64,000 nt of DNA from Candidatus Hydrogenedentota bacterium. GTDB lineage: Bacteria; Hydrogenedentota; Hydrogenedentia; Hydrogenedentales; SLHB01. Position 1 is the stretch's first letter. Each line of letters begins with the position of its first letter. Below, in pieces: positions 39,601 through 49,988 of this stretch. The notes beneath the pieces are model-generated. The model was not told the DNA's origin and searched no databases. It saw only the letters and a list, made by a program, of their open reading frames with translations. The stretch lies in the NCBI GenBank assembly GCA_963745075.1, contig CAVUWV010000024.1, forward strand, positions 320,001-384,000, written 5' to 3'. The translations under genes were made by a program, and so were the position numbers.

Positions 39601-40313
39601 CGTTGCGCGCTTGGGCGGAAGGCTATCCGAAACAGGAAGTCCACGCTTTGCGGGTTAAACTGGGCGCGAAGATTACCGATCTGCGCCTGGTCTTGCGACC
39701 GAAGAATGAGGTGACCGCGTCGATCGAGGGTATCGTATATGTCAATGGCTCTCGGGAACCGTCAACGGGGCGGAGCATTCGTTGCGAGCCGCTTGGCGCA
39801 AGAGAAGAATCGACGCAGCGCGCGGTTGCCCAGGACGGTACGTACCGACTCGAGGATCTTCAACCCAATCGATATTCGATAACCGCTTTCTCCAGCGGGC
39901 GGACACCGGACCAGCTGTCGAGGTGGATCCGCCTGGAGACGGTCACGGTGGATGCCGAGCCGGGGTTCACTTACACGCAGGATTTCGACCTCGGAGGTTC
40001 CTGTGCACTGCGCGGCCGGGTCGATGCGCCGGCGAACGCAGTCAACCTGCAGGTCACGGTGGGTATTCCCGGGACAACGCACGCTTCGTCCTTGTGGAAA
40101 CAGTGGCCGACCGAGTATCCGCAGGAAATCATAGGTGCGACGACACGTGTTGACAAAGGCAACTACGTTATCCGGCAGCTTCCGCCAGGAACGTACACCG
40201 TGACCGCGTCTTGCGTTCAGGCTCCACGAGGGCAAGACGCGAAGACCCTCATCGTCACCGACTCGATCATCCTTACAGATGGCCAGGAGTCCACACTCAA
40301 CTTCGCGTTCTAG
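36681..40313 (+). CDS. ECF sigma-70 factor fused to a TM segment and repeated carboxypeptidase-regulatory-like beta-sandwich domains
   Basis: DAEAFRTIVERHAGMVY, AEDVTQECF, WLHRVATN, region 4 HTH; hydrophobic helix near aa 228-250; repeats G.V.D..G.P..GA.V...TD..G.Y. Confidence 0.9.
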   Translation: MSHAGDELLHEWCAKRDAEAFRTIVERHAGMVYATCRRVLRDSVEAEDVTQECFEALVSTSQPPYRYLGPWLHRVATNLSLKRLRESSRRTARERQYADLHAHPVAPSWDDMYEHVDEAIARLPEKLRIPITAHFLEGMTQEAVAQQLGTSPPTVRYRIKKGLERIGADLQKRHITTGAGTLAVLLAGHLSEAAEVPSALTESLGRLALAQAGQGAGAAAGGWLAHQFLLKALIVAAIPTATIVATFVAINHDRASQVAAVDEPGVSSPTPPKTPETDQSSVRATRTERSASSTPVHQLAPLSEGVPAEFLYLFEPIEKGPGAVYGTITDPDGEPLAGARVTLFRMDSWWKHSYAETVTDANGTYEITDLPVSQAYWLTAVSDTGAASGYVALYLVSDLEKRFAQFGSARIFPGNDRPGPHAGQRCRKDLSISPFNEPAFAGRVLSGEGMPVEGALVATAGRPYLESGLSMNVRTDHEGRFAVHNILSPDNESSLVAYAKGYAPTTIHHVPPQSSGNEIVLKPAHRVSGTARLRDTNQPVAGKQVTLRTIRDHDPRNVTTTDRNGEFTFDGLAAKTYALSLTDTDAGLASIDALTLDLRETEDIDGIQLLVSSGATISGRVYVEETNEPIAGVRLHIGSTRTSDSVREAVTGPDGTYQLRFLPAGKYGIKCLPPENVVRHSHPMDQGWPGPGKEVEVGPEEQHTGVDFAFQGGVSVSGRVTDPEGNPVAGAGLIAVNSQSPREGDFHSGQGLPLQTSGVLTDQDGYYVLRGFSPSDEWTYSIRVEALGYARFESNAFQVTGDMADINFTLEPAAIVSGRTVTLKGEPLPLVALALKPVDSKILHGGMSGFSGMDGRFTLSTGVLPGEYYFEAGGFFNPNLDIPFSGRTMNPPIVVEGTVPIQGVRVVIPMKDECATLLGNVFAQDTSLAVSDARVEVAQVVAENGDDYGASGHFEAGPGTGEFRLTNVFPGTVTLRAWAEGYPKQEVHALRVKLGAKITDLRLVLRPKNEVTASIEGIVYVNGSREPSTGRSIRCEPLGAREESTQRAVAQDGTYRLEDLQPNRYSITAFSSGRTPDQLSRWIRLETVTVDAEPGFTYTQDFDLGGSCALRGRVDAPANAVNLQVTVGIPGTTHASSLWKQWPTEYPQEIIGATTRVDKGNYVIRQLPPGTYTVTASCVQAPRGQDAKTLIVTDSIILTDGQESTLNFAF

Positions 40314-40322
40314 CGGAGTCGC

Positions 40323-41855
40323 TCATTCCAGCCGGCCGATGACCTCCTTCGCCTTCGCCTCGTAGAGCGCTTGCCACTCGGGGGCGAGGAGACATTCCGT
40401 GACTTCGTAGCCGCCCTTGGGGTATTCGGATGCGGGCGGACCGTAGTGGATGTAGCCGTTCGAGTAGGCGGCCATGAAGGTGTATTCGTAAGGCGACGCG
40501 TTTTTTACGTTAAGACCGACCTGAACGAGCACTTCCGCGGGAGACGTGACCAGTACAAAGTCGCCGATCTTGATGCCCAAGATCTCCGTCGTGACGGTCG
40601 GTTCGCCCGCGGCGGCATTGATCGCCTTGTGTCGTTCCAACGTCGCGATCTTGTCCTGGATGCGCGCGAGCTTCTCCATGGCCTCGATGTTTCGGAGGTA
40701 TTTGTCGATGTGACCACGATTCCACGCGTCGATATCAGACATTTCGTCGGTGCCGAGCATGTCGGACTGCAAATAGCGATACGAGTAGTAGAAGGGATGC
40801 TCGGGATCGAGCGAATACTTCAGGTACAGCGGCAGAAACGATTTGAAATTCAGACTCATCCCCCGCAATCCACGAAGCAGGTCCGACTGCTCCGCTTCCA
40901 ATTCCGCAATGCGTTCGTCGAAATCCGCCTTTCGTGGCAGTTCCAACGTCTCGGAGATGACGCTGAGTTTCGCGTCCTTCGTCTCGATACTGCTTACGGC
41001 CTTCAGCGTACTCAATCCCAGCATCATACCCAGCGGTTCCGAATCCCGCGGCCGGTTTGGATCCTTATACAGGATCGACGTAATGTCCCCGCCTGCGCCT
41101 TGGAGGAACAACGCCATCGCACCGTCACCGAGGCTGTCTTCGATGACCTTCGACGCGAACCCGGGGAAATCCGCCGTCACGCCGCCACGGGGGACTGTGA
41201 TGTAGGGATGACACGCGAAATTGTAGACCACCGCCAGGGGTCGTCCGTCCAACCGGTCGATGCGGAACACCCCAATCTCCGGGTCCATGGGCCCGACGCT
41301 TTCAACTTCGTCGTCCGGCGGACAGGGATTCGTGTGCCGGATGGTCCAGGCTTTGCCGTTCTTGAGTTGGAGCGTGCGGTTCATGGAGATCCGATCTTCG
41401 TGACCCGTGCCCGCGCCCACCTTCACCGGCGTCATGCTTTCCACGGCCCGGCGCACCGCATCGAAGGTCCGCTCGACCTGTTCGGCAGGCTCGCACACGA
41501 AATCGAGCGGCGGATGATTGTGCGACGCGTTTACCAGGACGTGGTTTCCCGGAAACCCCAATTCCTTCTCGATACGCGCGCGCAACGTGGGGAGGAAGTC
41601 GTCGTGGACCTCCCCAATACCGCCAATCGCCGTCACATCCATCGCAACGATGACCAACTTCGTCGCTCCGTCATCCAGCGCCAGCGCCTTCGCATACACC
41701 GGGTCGTTTATTCGCACCCCCTCCGCGTCCGTCGAGATGTCGCTCTTCGCCACCCCCGCTCGCAGGGCGTTGTTACCGGACTGCTCATCCGCCATGGCGA
41801 ACCCCGTTATCGCTATCAAGAAGATTGAGACTGCCAAGAGGCTTCGAACCATCAT
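40323..41855 (-). CDS. Neutral/alkaline ceramidase-like secreted hydrolase
   Basis: LRAGVAKSDI, DPVYAKALAL, NASHNH, YNFACHP, TADFPG, QGAGGD, YSNGYIHY; start chosen at the signal peptide MMVRSLL. Confidence 0.75.
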   Translation of the reverse strand: MMVRSLLAVSIFLIAITGFAMADEQSGNNALRAGVAKSDISTDAEGVRINDPVYAKALALDDGATKLVIVAMDVTAIGGIGEVHDDFLPTLRARIEKELGFPGNHVLVNASHNHPPLDFVCEPAEQVERTFDAVRRAVESMTPVKVGAGTGHEDRISMNRTLQLKNGKAWTIRHTNPCPPDDEVESVGPMDPEIGVFRIDRLDGRPLAVVYNFACHPYITVPRGGVTADFPGFASKVIEDSLGDGAMALFLQGAGGDITSILYKDPNRPRDSEPLGMMLGLSTLKAVSSIETKDAKLSVISETLELPRKADFDERIAELEAEQSDLLRGLRGMSLNFKSFLPLYLKYSLDPEHPFYYSYRYLQSDMLGTDEMSDIDAWNRGHIDKYLRNIEAMEKLARIQDKIATLERHKAINAAAGEPTVTTEILGIKIGDFVLVTSPAEVLVQVGLNVKNASPYEYTFMAAYSNGYIHYGPPASEYPKGGYEVTECLLAPEWQALYEAKAKEVIGRLE

Positions 41856-41997
41856 GAGGAGAATTTCCCATCTGTTGAATTCATCCCAGCGTTCCGCCCA
41901 GGTCTTCCGGTGCATCGACACTACGCGAGGCGTGGCAGATTCGCAAGGGAGCCACGCATCGTCGCGAACATGTCTCAGGTCGAATCTATCGGTTCCT

Positions 41998-44900
41998 CTA
42001 TCTGATGCCCCGCACCACAACCGGTCCCAGCAGCCCCGACGATTGCAGGGGGGTATCCGCCTTCCAGGATTTGGTGGTCGTGAAAGTTTCGGGGTTTTCG
42101 ACGCCGGGTTGCGCGTCGCCAACGAGGCGATTCAGCCACACGTTGACCACGTCCACCTCCAGGGCATTTTCACCGGGTTTGACGGCGCTGCTGATGTCTA
42201 TGGTGTACGGTGGCTTCCAAAGGGTGCCTACATCTTTACCGTTAACGCGTACTCGTGCCATCTCGTCTACCCGGCCTAGATCGAGAACCGCGGCCGCACA
42301 GCGGTAGGGAAGCGTAAAGGTCGTGCGATAAGTCGCCGTCCCGGAGTAGTACTTGATCGCGGGGTCGGCGTTCTCATTCCAGGGCGTCAATGTTTCGAAC
42401 GTCACCGTCATTGACGGGAATTGCACTTGCCATGGACCATTGATCTCCTCGACCTGCGGAAGCTCCGGCTCGGGCTCCTGTATTCCCGCAGTATCCCTGC
42501 CGAAGACGACAAACACGGAACCGGCCGGTTCGAAGTGCAGGGAGACCGTGGTCCGGCCGTTCACGACCTCATAGGGGATGGACTCGATCCGTCCGCTGTC
42601 CGCATACCACAGCACCGGCGCGGTCCCATGCGCGCGGAAGGATATCGTCTCGGTGCGTTCTTCATACTGTTGGTTCGACACGAAGTAGATGTCGGAATCG
42701 CCGTCCTGTCGATGTTTCCAGAGCATATCTTCCGGGCACACAACGTCGGGCGCGACTTTCAAATGCTGTAGCGCTTCCGTGAGGTCCCTGCCAGTCATGA
42801 CTCGTCCTTTGTCCCACAAGTCCGCCGCCAGCTTCTGCACCTCCGCGTCGCAATCCGGATAGCGTTCCAGACTTGGCGAACGCAGCGGTTTCGGTCCCAG
42901 CACTGCGCCACCCTCGTCGACAAGTTTCTTGATGCGCTTCAGCAGGGCCGGGCGCATCGTCTCCGACTCCGGCAACACGAGGAGGCTGTAACGGACGCCG
43001 TTCGGAAGAACGAATTGCCCGTTCTTCACCTTGAGCCCGTTCTCGATAACGTCGGCGTTGATGTAGTCGTAGTCGTAGCCCGGCGGCAGCGGAGGCCGAC
43101 GCTCGCCGGCCATCTTCGGTGCGTCTTCACTGATGAAATACGCCACGTCAGCGACGGGGGTACCGGCTTGCAGCAAAACGCTGCACCGGCGCAGGTAGTC
43201 TACCCAGGGTCGCGCGTACCCAAACCAGGTGTTATGGCGATTAAACTCGGTGCCCCACGGCGCGTTGATGCCCGGATTCCGATCTTCCCACGGCTGGTGG
43301 ATCATCACGTGCAGCACGTACTGGTTAATCCCCTCGCAAAACGCCCAGTCGCAGCGCGCTTTGAAATCGCGGGGCGTGTTGACGAAAGCCGGGCCGCCCG
43401 TGAAGGCCTCAGCCCACACGATAGGCTTGCCGTAGATATGCGCTGCCGATGCCGCGTCGCGCAACTCGATGGCGCCTAAGGTGCCCGTAACCCAGAACTC
43501 GCCGCTGATCTCGTCGCAGGAGCCGCCGTACTTCAGAAACTCCCCGGGGAATCCCCAGTGCCCGTAGTTTTCGAGCCACATTTTCAGTCCGTGCTGGTTG
43601 CAGAGATCGCGCAGGCCGCCCACGTAGTCCCGCGCCACGCGGTCGGCCACCATCCGGCGCAAGTCCCAGAGGAAACGGTTGGACTGGTCCGCACTGCCCA
43701 CCACGCGCCCCGTCAGCACCGGCATCCACGGCTTCGGATCGTAGCCGTAGCGCTGTTGAAAGTCTTCGGCGAACCCGTCCGTCCAGTTTTCGGGTCCCAT
43801 CTCGTAGCTGTCGGCTACGACGTGTTTCCAAGCGGTTCGTTCCGCTGCGGGGATTCGATTCAACAGATTCCCTACGTAGGAATCGAAATGCACTTTTAAC
43901 GCGTCCCGGTTCATCTTGTCCACTTCCAGACCGGTCGCTTCAGGCGGGGAGGGACTGTTCTCCGTGCCCGTCGGTGTCATGGCCGTTCGCACCACGATCC
44001 AATCGCCCGTCCGGCACGTCCCATCGGAGCGTTCCATCCGCGTCCATCCGCGCGCTGAGATCGATGACCGTGTCGGGAGCGATCGTCAGATCCGTTGACT
44101 CCGGTTCCGTCTGTTGCGGCCATGAATAGAAATCAAAGGGTGGCTGCGGATCTTGAAACATCTTGACCATCGACTTCTCCGCGATGTCTTCGACCCGCGC
44201 GGCGGAGGAGAGTTGAATGTCGCCCAGTTCGCAATCCTCGGAAAGCGTCAGGCGGAAATGGCGCGCGGTCGTGGCTGGAAACGACACGACGATAGGGGCG
44301 AGCGGAACCGGCCCCACATTGACGTTGAGGTTATGCCGGTCGATTTTGAAGGACTTGATGGTGCGGTACTGCTGCCCGTCGTCGGAGACCTGCAACTCCG
44401 CAGTTACATTGACCTTCTTGATCGGAGTGTACCGTCAGACTCCGCGCGGTGAACGGTTCCGCCGTGTCGAAGGTCACGGATGTCGCCGTTCGCGCGGTCT
44501 CCTTCGCGTTCTTTCCCTCCCCGGCGGGAGCGGGAAAGGCCAGCACCGCGATGTCCTGGAACGCCCCTTCCGGCGATGGCAGTTTACCTTCGAAATGTTG
44601 TGGCCCTGTGAGCCGTGTCTCAGGCAGCGCGACGTAGCGCATGGCCTTGTCCGGCGTGACCCACGGCCCGCCCGACTGGCTCCAACCCGGCGAATTGAAG
44701 AACCCGATGTCCACACCCAGCCGGCCGCCCTCGCGTACCGCGTGCTCGACGAAACTCCACCACTCATCCGAAAGCGCTTTCGGCGCGTCCGCATCCGCCG
44801 GCATCCCGCTCTGGCCGCTGATGATCCCGATGTAGCCCTCGCCGATGCCGATACTGCGCATCGCCTCGAGATCCTTCGTGATGCCTTCCTTCGTGATGTG

Positions 44901-45053
44901 GCCATCCATCCAGTACCAGTAGCACCGCGGCTTCGTCGTATCCGGCGGGGATTTGAAATCCCGCTCCAGGCTGCCGACAGCCGCAAAGCTGTTCAACGCT
45001 GACAGGGCCAGTGCCCAGCATATCAGCCTCTTAATAATTACCTTACTTTTCAC
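41998..45053 (-). CDS. GH106 alpha-L-rhamnosidase-like glycoside hydrolase; two frameshifts (~44430, ~44012)
   Basis: PRCYWYWMDGHITKEGITKDLE, GWSQSGGPW, GLEVDKM, DSYE, AEAFT, FCEGIN, SGLLGPV spread over three overlapping frames. Confidence 0.85.
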
Positions 45054-45168
45054 AACTGCCCCCTCGACTTGGTTCGACTGAAATCCCAGTGGATGTTTAG
45101 TTCTCTGACTATGATAACCGTTTCTGACTCGGTCAACCATCTCGCGAATCACCGTTGTGACCGCAATT

Positions 45169-47697
45169 TCACGGGGCCCGCTCGTACTCCACGATGACCG
45201 CGCCGGGTCGCTCCGGAATGGTAGCGTCAAGTGCCAATAGCGCCTTACCCTTCATATCCATAGGCTCTTCCGGTTTATAGCCGTGCGTCACCGTGACCGT
45301 GTACTCCGCCTCCGGATCGATCCCCCGCAGGTCATTCAGCGCAAAACCCGTATATGATGAGTCCGGTCGCCGAAAGGCCATCACCATGCCGTCGTCCTCT
45401 TGCGGTCGGTGGTATTGCAGAACCAGCCAGTCCCGCGGGTCCACCGTTACTTCGCTGAGCGCATACAGGTCGCCATAGAAATACTTGCGGATTCGTTTGC
45501 CCTCGACGATGGCTTGCCTGAGCATTTCTCGTGGATACTCCGCCGATCGGATGTCTTCGCAAAACGAAATGCCCGCATTAAACCCGCTTCGAAACAGATA
45601 CGGCGTGGACCCGCTTTGGCCGCTGACATTAAACGGTACGAACCGGCTCAGGCCTGCGGTCATGACCTGGTTTTGAAGTGCCGCCTGCGCGTAGTTCTTG
45701 TCCATGAGCGGTTGAATCGTCGCATCCGTCCGCCACAGATTGATGGCGCGCGAAGCCGTCTCCAGATCGATGCGGTGTCCCCCGGAGGAAACGTTATCGA
45801 TGAACAGGTGCGGATTGGCCGCGAGCACCGCGTCCCATACTGCGTACAACCCCTCCACATACCGAATCTCCGCTATCCCGACTCGGTTGGGGTCGTCCCC
45901 GTCGAGGATATGCCACATGCGGTCAAAGTCCGTCGCGTTATCCAGGCGAAGGCAGTCTATCCGGTATTCTTTGATCGCCAACAGGAGGTATTCGGTCAGA
46001 TAGTCTCGCGCTTCGGGATTGCCGAGATTGAGCATGCCCCAACCGCCGTCCTCCGGCATGGCCACCCAGTCCGGATGTTCCTTCGCCATCAGCGTGCCTG
46101 CGCAGATCCGTTCCGGCTCCATCCATAGCAGAAACTTCATGCCCGCTGCATGGGCCGCTTCGCTGATGGGTTTCAGACCGTGCGGGAAGCGTTTGGGATC
46201 GACCGCCCGTTCCAGCGGCAGCACATAATTGCCCACGGTGGGAAACCGGTCGGGACCGTAGTAGGCGTCCAGCCAGAAGAACTCAAAACCCAGTCCCTTC
46301 GCCGCTTCGAGGTGCGAGAGCACGTCCGCTTCGGTACCGTCGTCCATCTCGTAGAACGACGTGCTCAGGTGGGCAATGGGCGGAGTCGGGCACACGCCGT
46401 CGACGCGTGGCATGATGTGGGCGAACATCGTCCGTCGAAACAGGTTGTATGGCGCTTGGGCGTCGTCTTCCTTCCAATATAGTTGCAGGACACGCGGTGA
46501 TCGGATGCTTTCGCCGGGCTTCAGTGAAAGATGAAGATTCTGCATGCCCGCCTGAATGCGCAAGGGTCCGCTCGTGTATTCAACCGACGCCTGCCATTGC
46601 CCCGTCCATCCAATCGCCGTAATGACGCCCTCGTTCCCCCAACTCACGTTGAAGAAAGGGCAGGCTCCGCACGACGACCGGCCCCGAATCGGCGCAAACA
46701 CGATGGGCTGTCCAGGCGCAACCGCTTGGTCGAATGGCATCCAATCGTCCACCCCTGACGAAGCCCGAAGGCTGTGAAACACGGGAGCCTCGCCCGGTCC
46801 TGGCCACAGGGACGTATCCACCGCGCGCACCGCTTCGAGGATGGGCGTGTCGGTAGAGCCCTTGTTGGTGAAATACAGCGTCCAATCCGCACCCGGCGTA
46901 TCGAGGTACAGGTCGCACACCGCCTGCACTTCGAGCGACGTTCCCGGATCGGTCCACGTCACAGTACGCCTGCGTTTCGTGGCGTCAACCGTTTCGTCTA
47001 TGTCCTCCCGCGTCCATCCGTGCAAGAACTCGCGCGACGACCGCCCTCCGTATACAAAGGAAAAAGGCACATCGTCGCCCGCGCCCGATGACTTGGCCAG
47101 GTCGTCCAGCCACAGCACGGAACCGTCCTCCAGTTCCACCCGGGCATCGGCCCAGTCTGCCTGGTCAAAACTGCGCCCGTCGCCGCCGTCTTCCACAATT
47201 AGTTCGAAGACCGTGGTCCCCCCGAGGGGCACGTCGATAGACCGCGCGTCGCCCGTCGGCTTCATCACCTCCGTCGCAAACACGTCGTTGCCCGCAGCCC
47301 GCACGACAAACCGCACCGACGCCACCGTATTGTCCACGTTCCGGTCCATGCCAATGTCCGCGAGCAACCGCTTCGCCGGGCCGCTGAGCGACACCGTGAT
47401 CGCGCACCGTGAGTTCACCCCAATGCCTCGGGTGTACGTTCGCTCGCCCAAACGCATCGGCGTGCCCGCCGCGCACAGACCGACTTTCGCAGTTCCAGGC
47501 TCGTCGTCGTGAGTGATTTCCAGACGGTTCCCGTCGTCTACCATGGGCTGATCCGAAAACACCCGTTCCGCCCACTCGACCGTCCGATCCAACGCACCGG
47601 CGTAGTCGCCATAGACGCTATCAGTGGCTATCAGCAGTGTGCCCAGAGCAAGGAGAATGACCCCAGAACGCGGATAAGGCACTGCTATGCTCCTCAT
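45169..47697 (-). CDS. GH36-like alpha-galactosidase with N-terminal NPCBM domain
   Basis: YTRGIGVNS...DQADWADAR (NPCBM); FWLDA, RFPHGLKP, LWMEPE, RLD, SSGGHRIDL, WRTD. Confidence 0.85.
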   Translation of the reverse strand: MRSIAVPYPRSGVILLALGTLLIATDSVYGDYAGALDRTVEWAERVFSDQPMVDDGNRLEITHDDEPGTAKVGLCAAGTPMRLGERTYTRGIGVNSRCAITVSLSGPAKRLLADIGMDRNVDNTVASVRFVVRAAGNDVFATEVMKPTGDARSIDVPLGGTTVFELIVEDGGDGRSFDQADWADARVELEDGSVLWLDDLAKSSGAGDDVPFSFVYGGRSSREFLHGWTREDIDETVDATKRRRTVTWTDPGTSLEVQAVCDLYLDTPGADWTLYFTNKGSTDTPILEAVRAVDTSLWPGPGEAPVFHSLRASSGVDDWMPFDQAVAPGQPIVFAPIRGRSSCGACPFFNVSWGNEGVITAIGWTGQWQASVEYTSGPLRIQAGMQNLHLSLKPGESIRSPRVLQLYWKEDDAQAPYNLFRRTMFAHIMPRVDGVCPTPPIAHLSTSFYEMDDGTEADVLSHLEAAKGLGFEFFWLDAYYGPDRFPTVGNYVLPLERAVDPKRFPHGLKPISEAAHAAGMKFLLWMEPERICAGTLMAKEHPDWVAMPEDGGWGMLNLGNPEARDYLTEYLLLAIKEYRIDCLRLDNATDFDRMWHILDGDDPNRVGIAEIRYVEGLYAVWDAVLAANPHLFIDNVSSGGHRIDLETASRAINLWRTDATIQPLMDKNYAQAALQNQVMTAGLSRFVPFNVSGQSGSTPYLFRSGFNAGISFCEDIRSAEYPREMLRQAIVEGKRIRKYFYGDLYALSEVTVDPRDWLVLQYHRPQEDDGMVMAFRRPDSSYTGFALNDLRGIDPEAEYTVTVTHGYKPEEPMDMKGKALLALDATIPERPGAVIVEYERAP

Positions 47698-47853
47698 TTG
47701 TTTGCGAAGGACTCACCCGGAATCCACGCCGTCCACACCATGTCAGCAACAAGTCGCAGGCCACGGGTCCGTGTGCCGCGTTCGTCATTTAGACACTACG
47801 CCTCCCGTCACGACTTCGCAACGGGAATAGGGGAGAGACCACGCGAATGGTCC

Positions 47854-47886
47854 TTGACATCATCTATTTCGTGTGACAAAATAGAT
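47854..47886 (+). promoter_or_regulatory. Sigma70 promoter with overlapping palindromic operator; probably leaderless padR mRNA
   Basis: TTGACA-17 nt-CAAAAT ending 6 nt before the ATG; ATCTATTT-N9-AAATAGAT inverted repeat; no SD. Confidence 0.7.
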
Positions 47887-47888
47887 AC

Positions 47889-48233
47889 ATGAAAACGATC
47901 GACGGCAATCTGCTTCGCGGGCACCTGGAATCTCTCATTCTCGTCGTGCTGGAGCGAGCGCCGGCCCACGGGTTTGAGATCATGAAACGGCTCGACGTGG
48001 AAGGCCGGGGTGCGCTCGACCTCAAAGAGGGCACGGTCTATCCGATCCTCTACCGATTGGAGAAGGCCAAGTGCGTTCGCGCAGTGTGGGATGCGGACAC
48101 GGCGTCGAGTCGCGGCCCCCGGCGGCGCGTGTATCACATCACCCCGCGAGGTCGACGCGAATTGGAAAAGAGCCGAAAACGGTGGGAACAGTTCGTTGGC
48201 ACCGTGGGCCGCATGATTGAGGCGCCCCCATGA
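47889..48233 (+). CDS. PadR family transcriptional regulator
   Basis: LLRGHLESLIL, HGFEI, EGTVYPILYRLE, RRRVYHITPRGR. Confidence 0.93.
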   Translation: MKTIDGNLLRGHLESLILVVLERAPAHGFEIMKRLDVEGRGALDLKEGTVYPILYRLEKAKCVRAVWDADTASSRGPRRRVYHITPRGRRELEKSRKRWEQFVGTVGRMIEAPP

Positions 48234-49028
48234 TGTGGCAAAAGAAATGGGTCGAACGGTTGGTCACTCGCCTCCCAGCGCGGGAGGCCGTGAAGGACCG
48301 ATTGCGCGAAGAGCTGTGGGGCCATTTAGTCTCGCTGTATGAAGAAGAACGCGCGCGCCATCCGATTGATAACGACGCGAGACGTGCCGCCTGTCGACGC
48401 CTTGGCGAATCGATTGCCATCGAACGGGAATTTCGGAGTTGCCGGTCCGTTCACGAGCGCCTCGAAGAGCGTCTTCTACGGCTTATAGCGCCGGTACGCG
48501 TTGCCGACATACGGACCTACGCCGTAAACAAGGCCGTTCGTATCTTTATCGTATCCGGACTCGCGCTGTTCGCGGTTTCCTGCTTCGCCGTGGACCTTCC
48601 CGGAATGACTCCGATCGCCGCGTTGACAACCTGGATCACGGGCACCGCGCTTCAAGCTCTCGCGGCAGTTTCGACCGGGGTAATAATTTACGAGTTCAAC
48701 GCGGGTCGCGCAGCGAGCCTGGTCGATGTGAAAGGCACCGTACGGTTGCTGTGCGTCGATGCGGCGTTTTCTCACCGGTGCGGCGGTGATCCTTTTCGCG
48801 GCGTTCTCCGTCTGGTTCATCGGATACGCGGCATTTTATGTCGTGTGCCTACGGACCGGTCGATTGGAGATGATCCGCGTCTTTGACGTATTCGGGCGTG
48901 ATGTGCTTTTGCCGTCGAGTGTAATCATGTCGCTGTTGAGTCCCACGCTTGCCCGGACATTTCGGTGGGTGGAGCGCCGGGCCCGGAGATTGCCGGAATG
49001 GCCCTACTCGCAACCGAGCCGGTGCTGA
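48230..49028 (+). CDS. Membrane protein with N-terminal permease-prefix/HAAS-like domain; frameshift near 48770
   Basis: REELWGHL...ACRRLGE N-terminus, then TM helices that continue in the +1 frame (48759-49028); coupled to padR. Confidence 0.7.
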
Positions 49029-49037
49029 GCAACGGAT

Positions 49038-49988
49038 ATGAGCGCGCCATGCCGCATCAAAAATTCGACCAGTGATTCCGATGCCGCAATCGATATGGCG
49101 GTTGTTGCCGAAGGACTCACCAAACGATACGGCGCCAATGACGGGGTCCACGGGCTGGACCTCACAATCCCGCGCGGCTGCAAATTCGGGTTGCTCGGCC
49201 CAAACGGTGCGGGAAAAAGCACCACGCTCAAAATGTGCATGGGAATCCTGCGGCCCGAATCGGGGAATCTGACCGTCCTGGGGCAACCGGCGCCTGCCGA
49301 CCGTCCGGAGCTTCGCGCCCGAATCGGGTACGTGCCCGAGCGCCATCACATCTATCGCTGGATGACGGTAGGAGAAGTAATTCGATTCACCCGCGCCTTC
49401 TATCCGACCTGGAACGATACTCTTTGCGACGACCTCAGGAGTCAGTATGGACTGGCATTGGACAAGCAGGTCGGACAACTCTCGCATGGCATGCTGACCA
49501 AGCTCGCCTTGATCCTGGCGTTGTCCCACGAGCCCGAACTGTTGATTCTCGACGAACCGACGACCGGCCTTGACCCCCTGGTCCGCGAAGAGTTTCTCGA
49601 CGGGATCCTTCACCCCCTCGTCGAACAATCGGAACGCACCGTGATCTTTTCGAGTCATATCATGAGTGACATCGAGGCGGTATCTGACACGATCGCCATC
49701 ATGCACCAAGGCCGCTTGCTCCTGTGCCGTTCGCGCCGCGGATTGATGGAGCACACCAAACGGGTTGTCGCGATCGGGGAAATGACGGGGGAGAACGACG
49801 TCGCGTTGGAGGGCACGGTTCGCGTCCAACACGAAGTCGGCCGAACCGTACTCACGATACAAGACTTCTCCGATGCGCACGCCGCGCGCTTGCGGAATTG
49901 TCCGGGAGTCCGATCGGTCGATGTCCATGACATGACGCTGGAGGATATTTTCAAAGACGCCATCAAGGGAGCCCGCACGTCACGATGA
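49038..49988 (+). CDS. ABC transporter ATP-binding protein
   Basis: GPNGAGKST, LSHGM, LILDEPTTGLDP, FSSH. Confidence 0.95.
   Translation: MSAPCRIKNSTSDSDAAIDMAVVAEGLTKRYGANDGVHGLDLTIPRGCKFGLLGPNGAGKSTTLKMCMGILRPESGNLTVLGQPAPADRPELRARIGYVPERHHIYRWMTVGEVIRFTRAFYPTWNDTLCDDLRSQYGLALDKQVGQLSHGMLTKLALILALSHEPELLILDEPTTGLDPLVREEFLDGILHPLVEQSERTVIFSSHIMSDIEAVSDTIAIMHQGRLLLCRSRRGLMEHTKRVVAIGEMTGENDVALEGTVRVQHEVGRTVLTIQDFSDAHAARLRNCPGVRSVDVHDMTLEDIFKDAIKGARTSR

Noticed and set aside
14650..48790. Programmed frameshifting or phase variation in the split genes
   Set aside because: No slippery heptamers or long homopolymers at the breaks; only the IS3 AAAAAAG site is a credible programmed shift.
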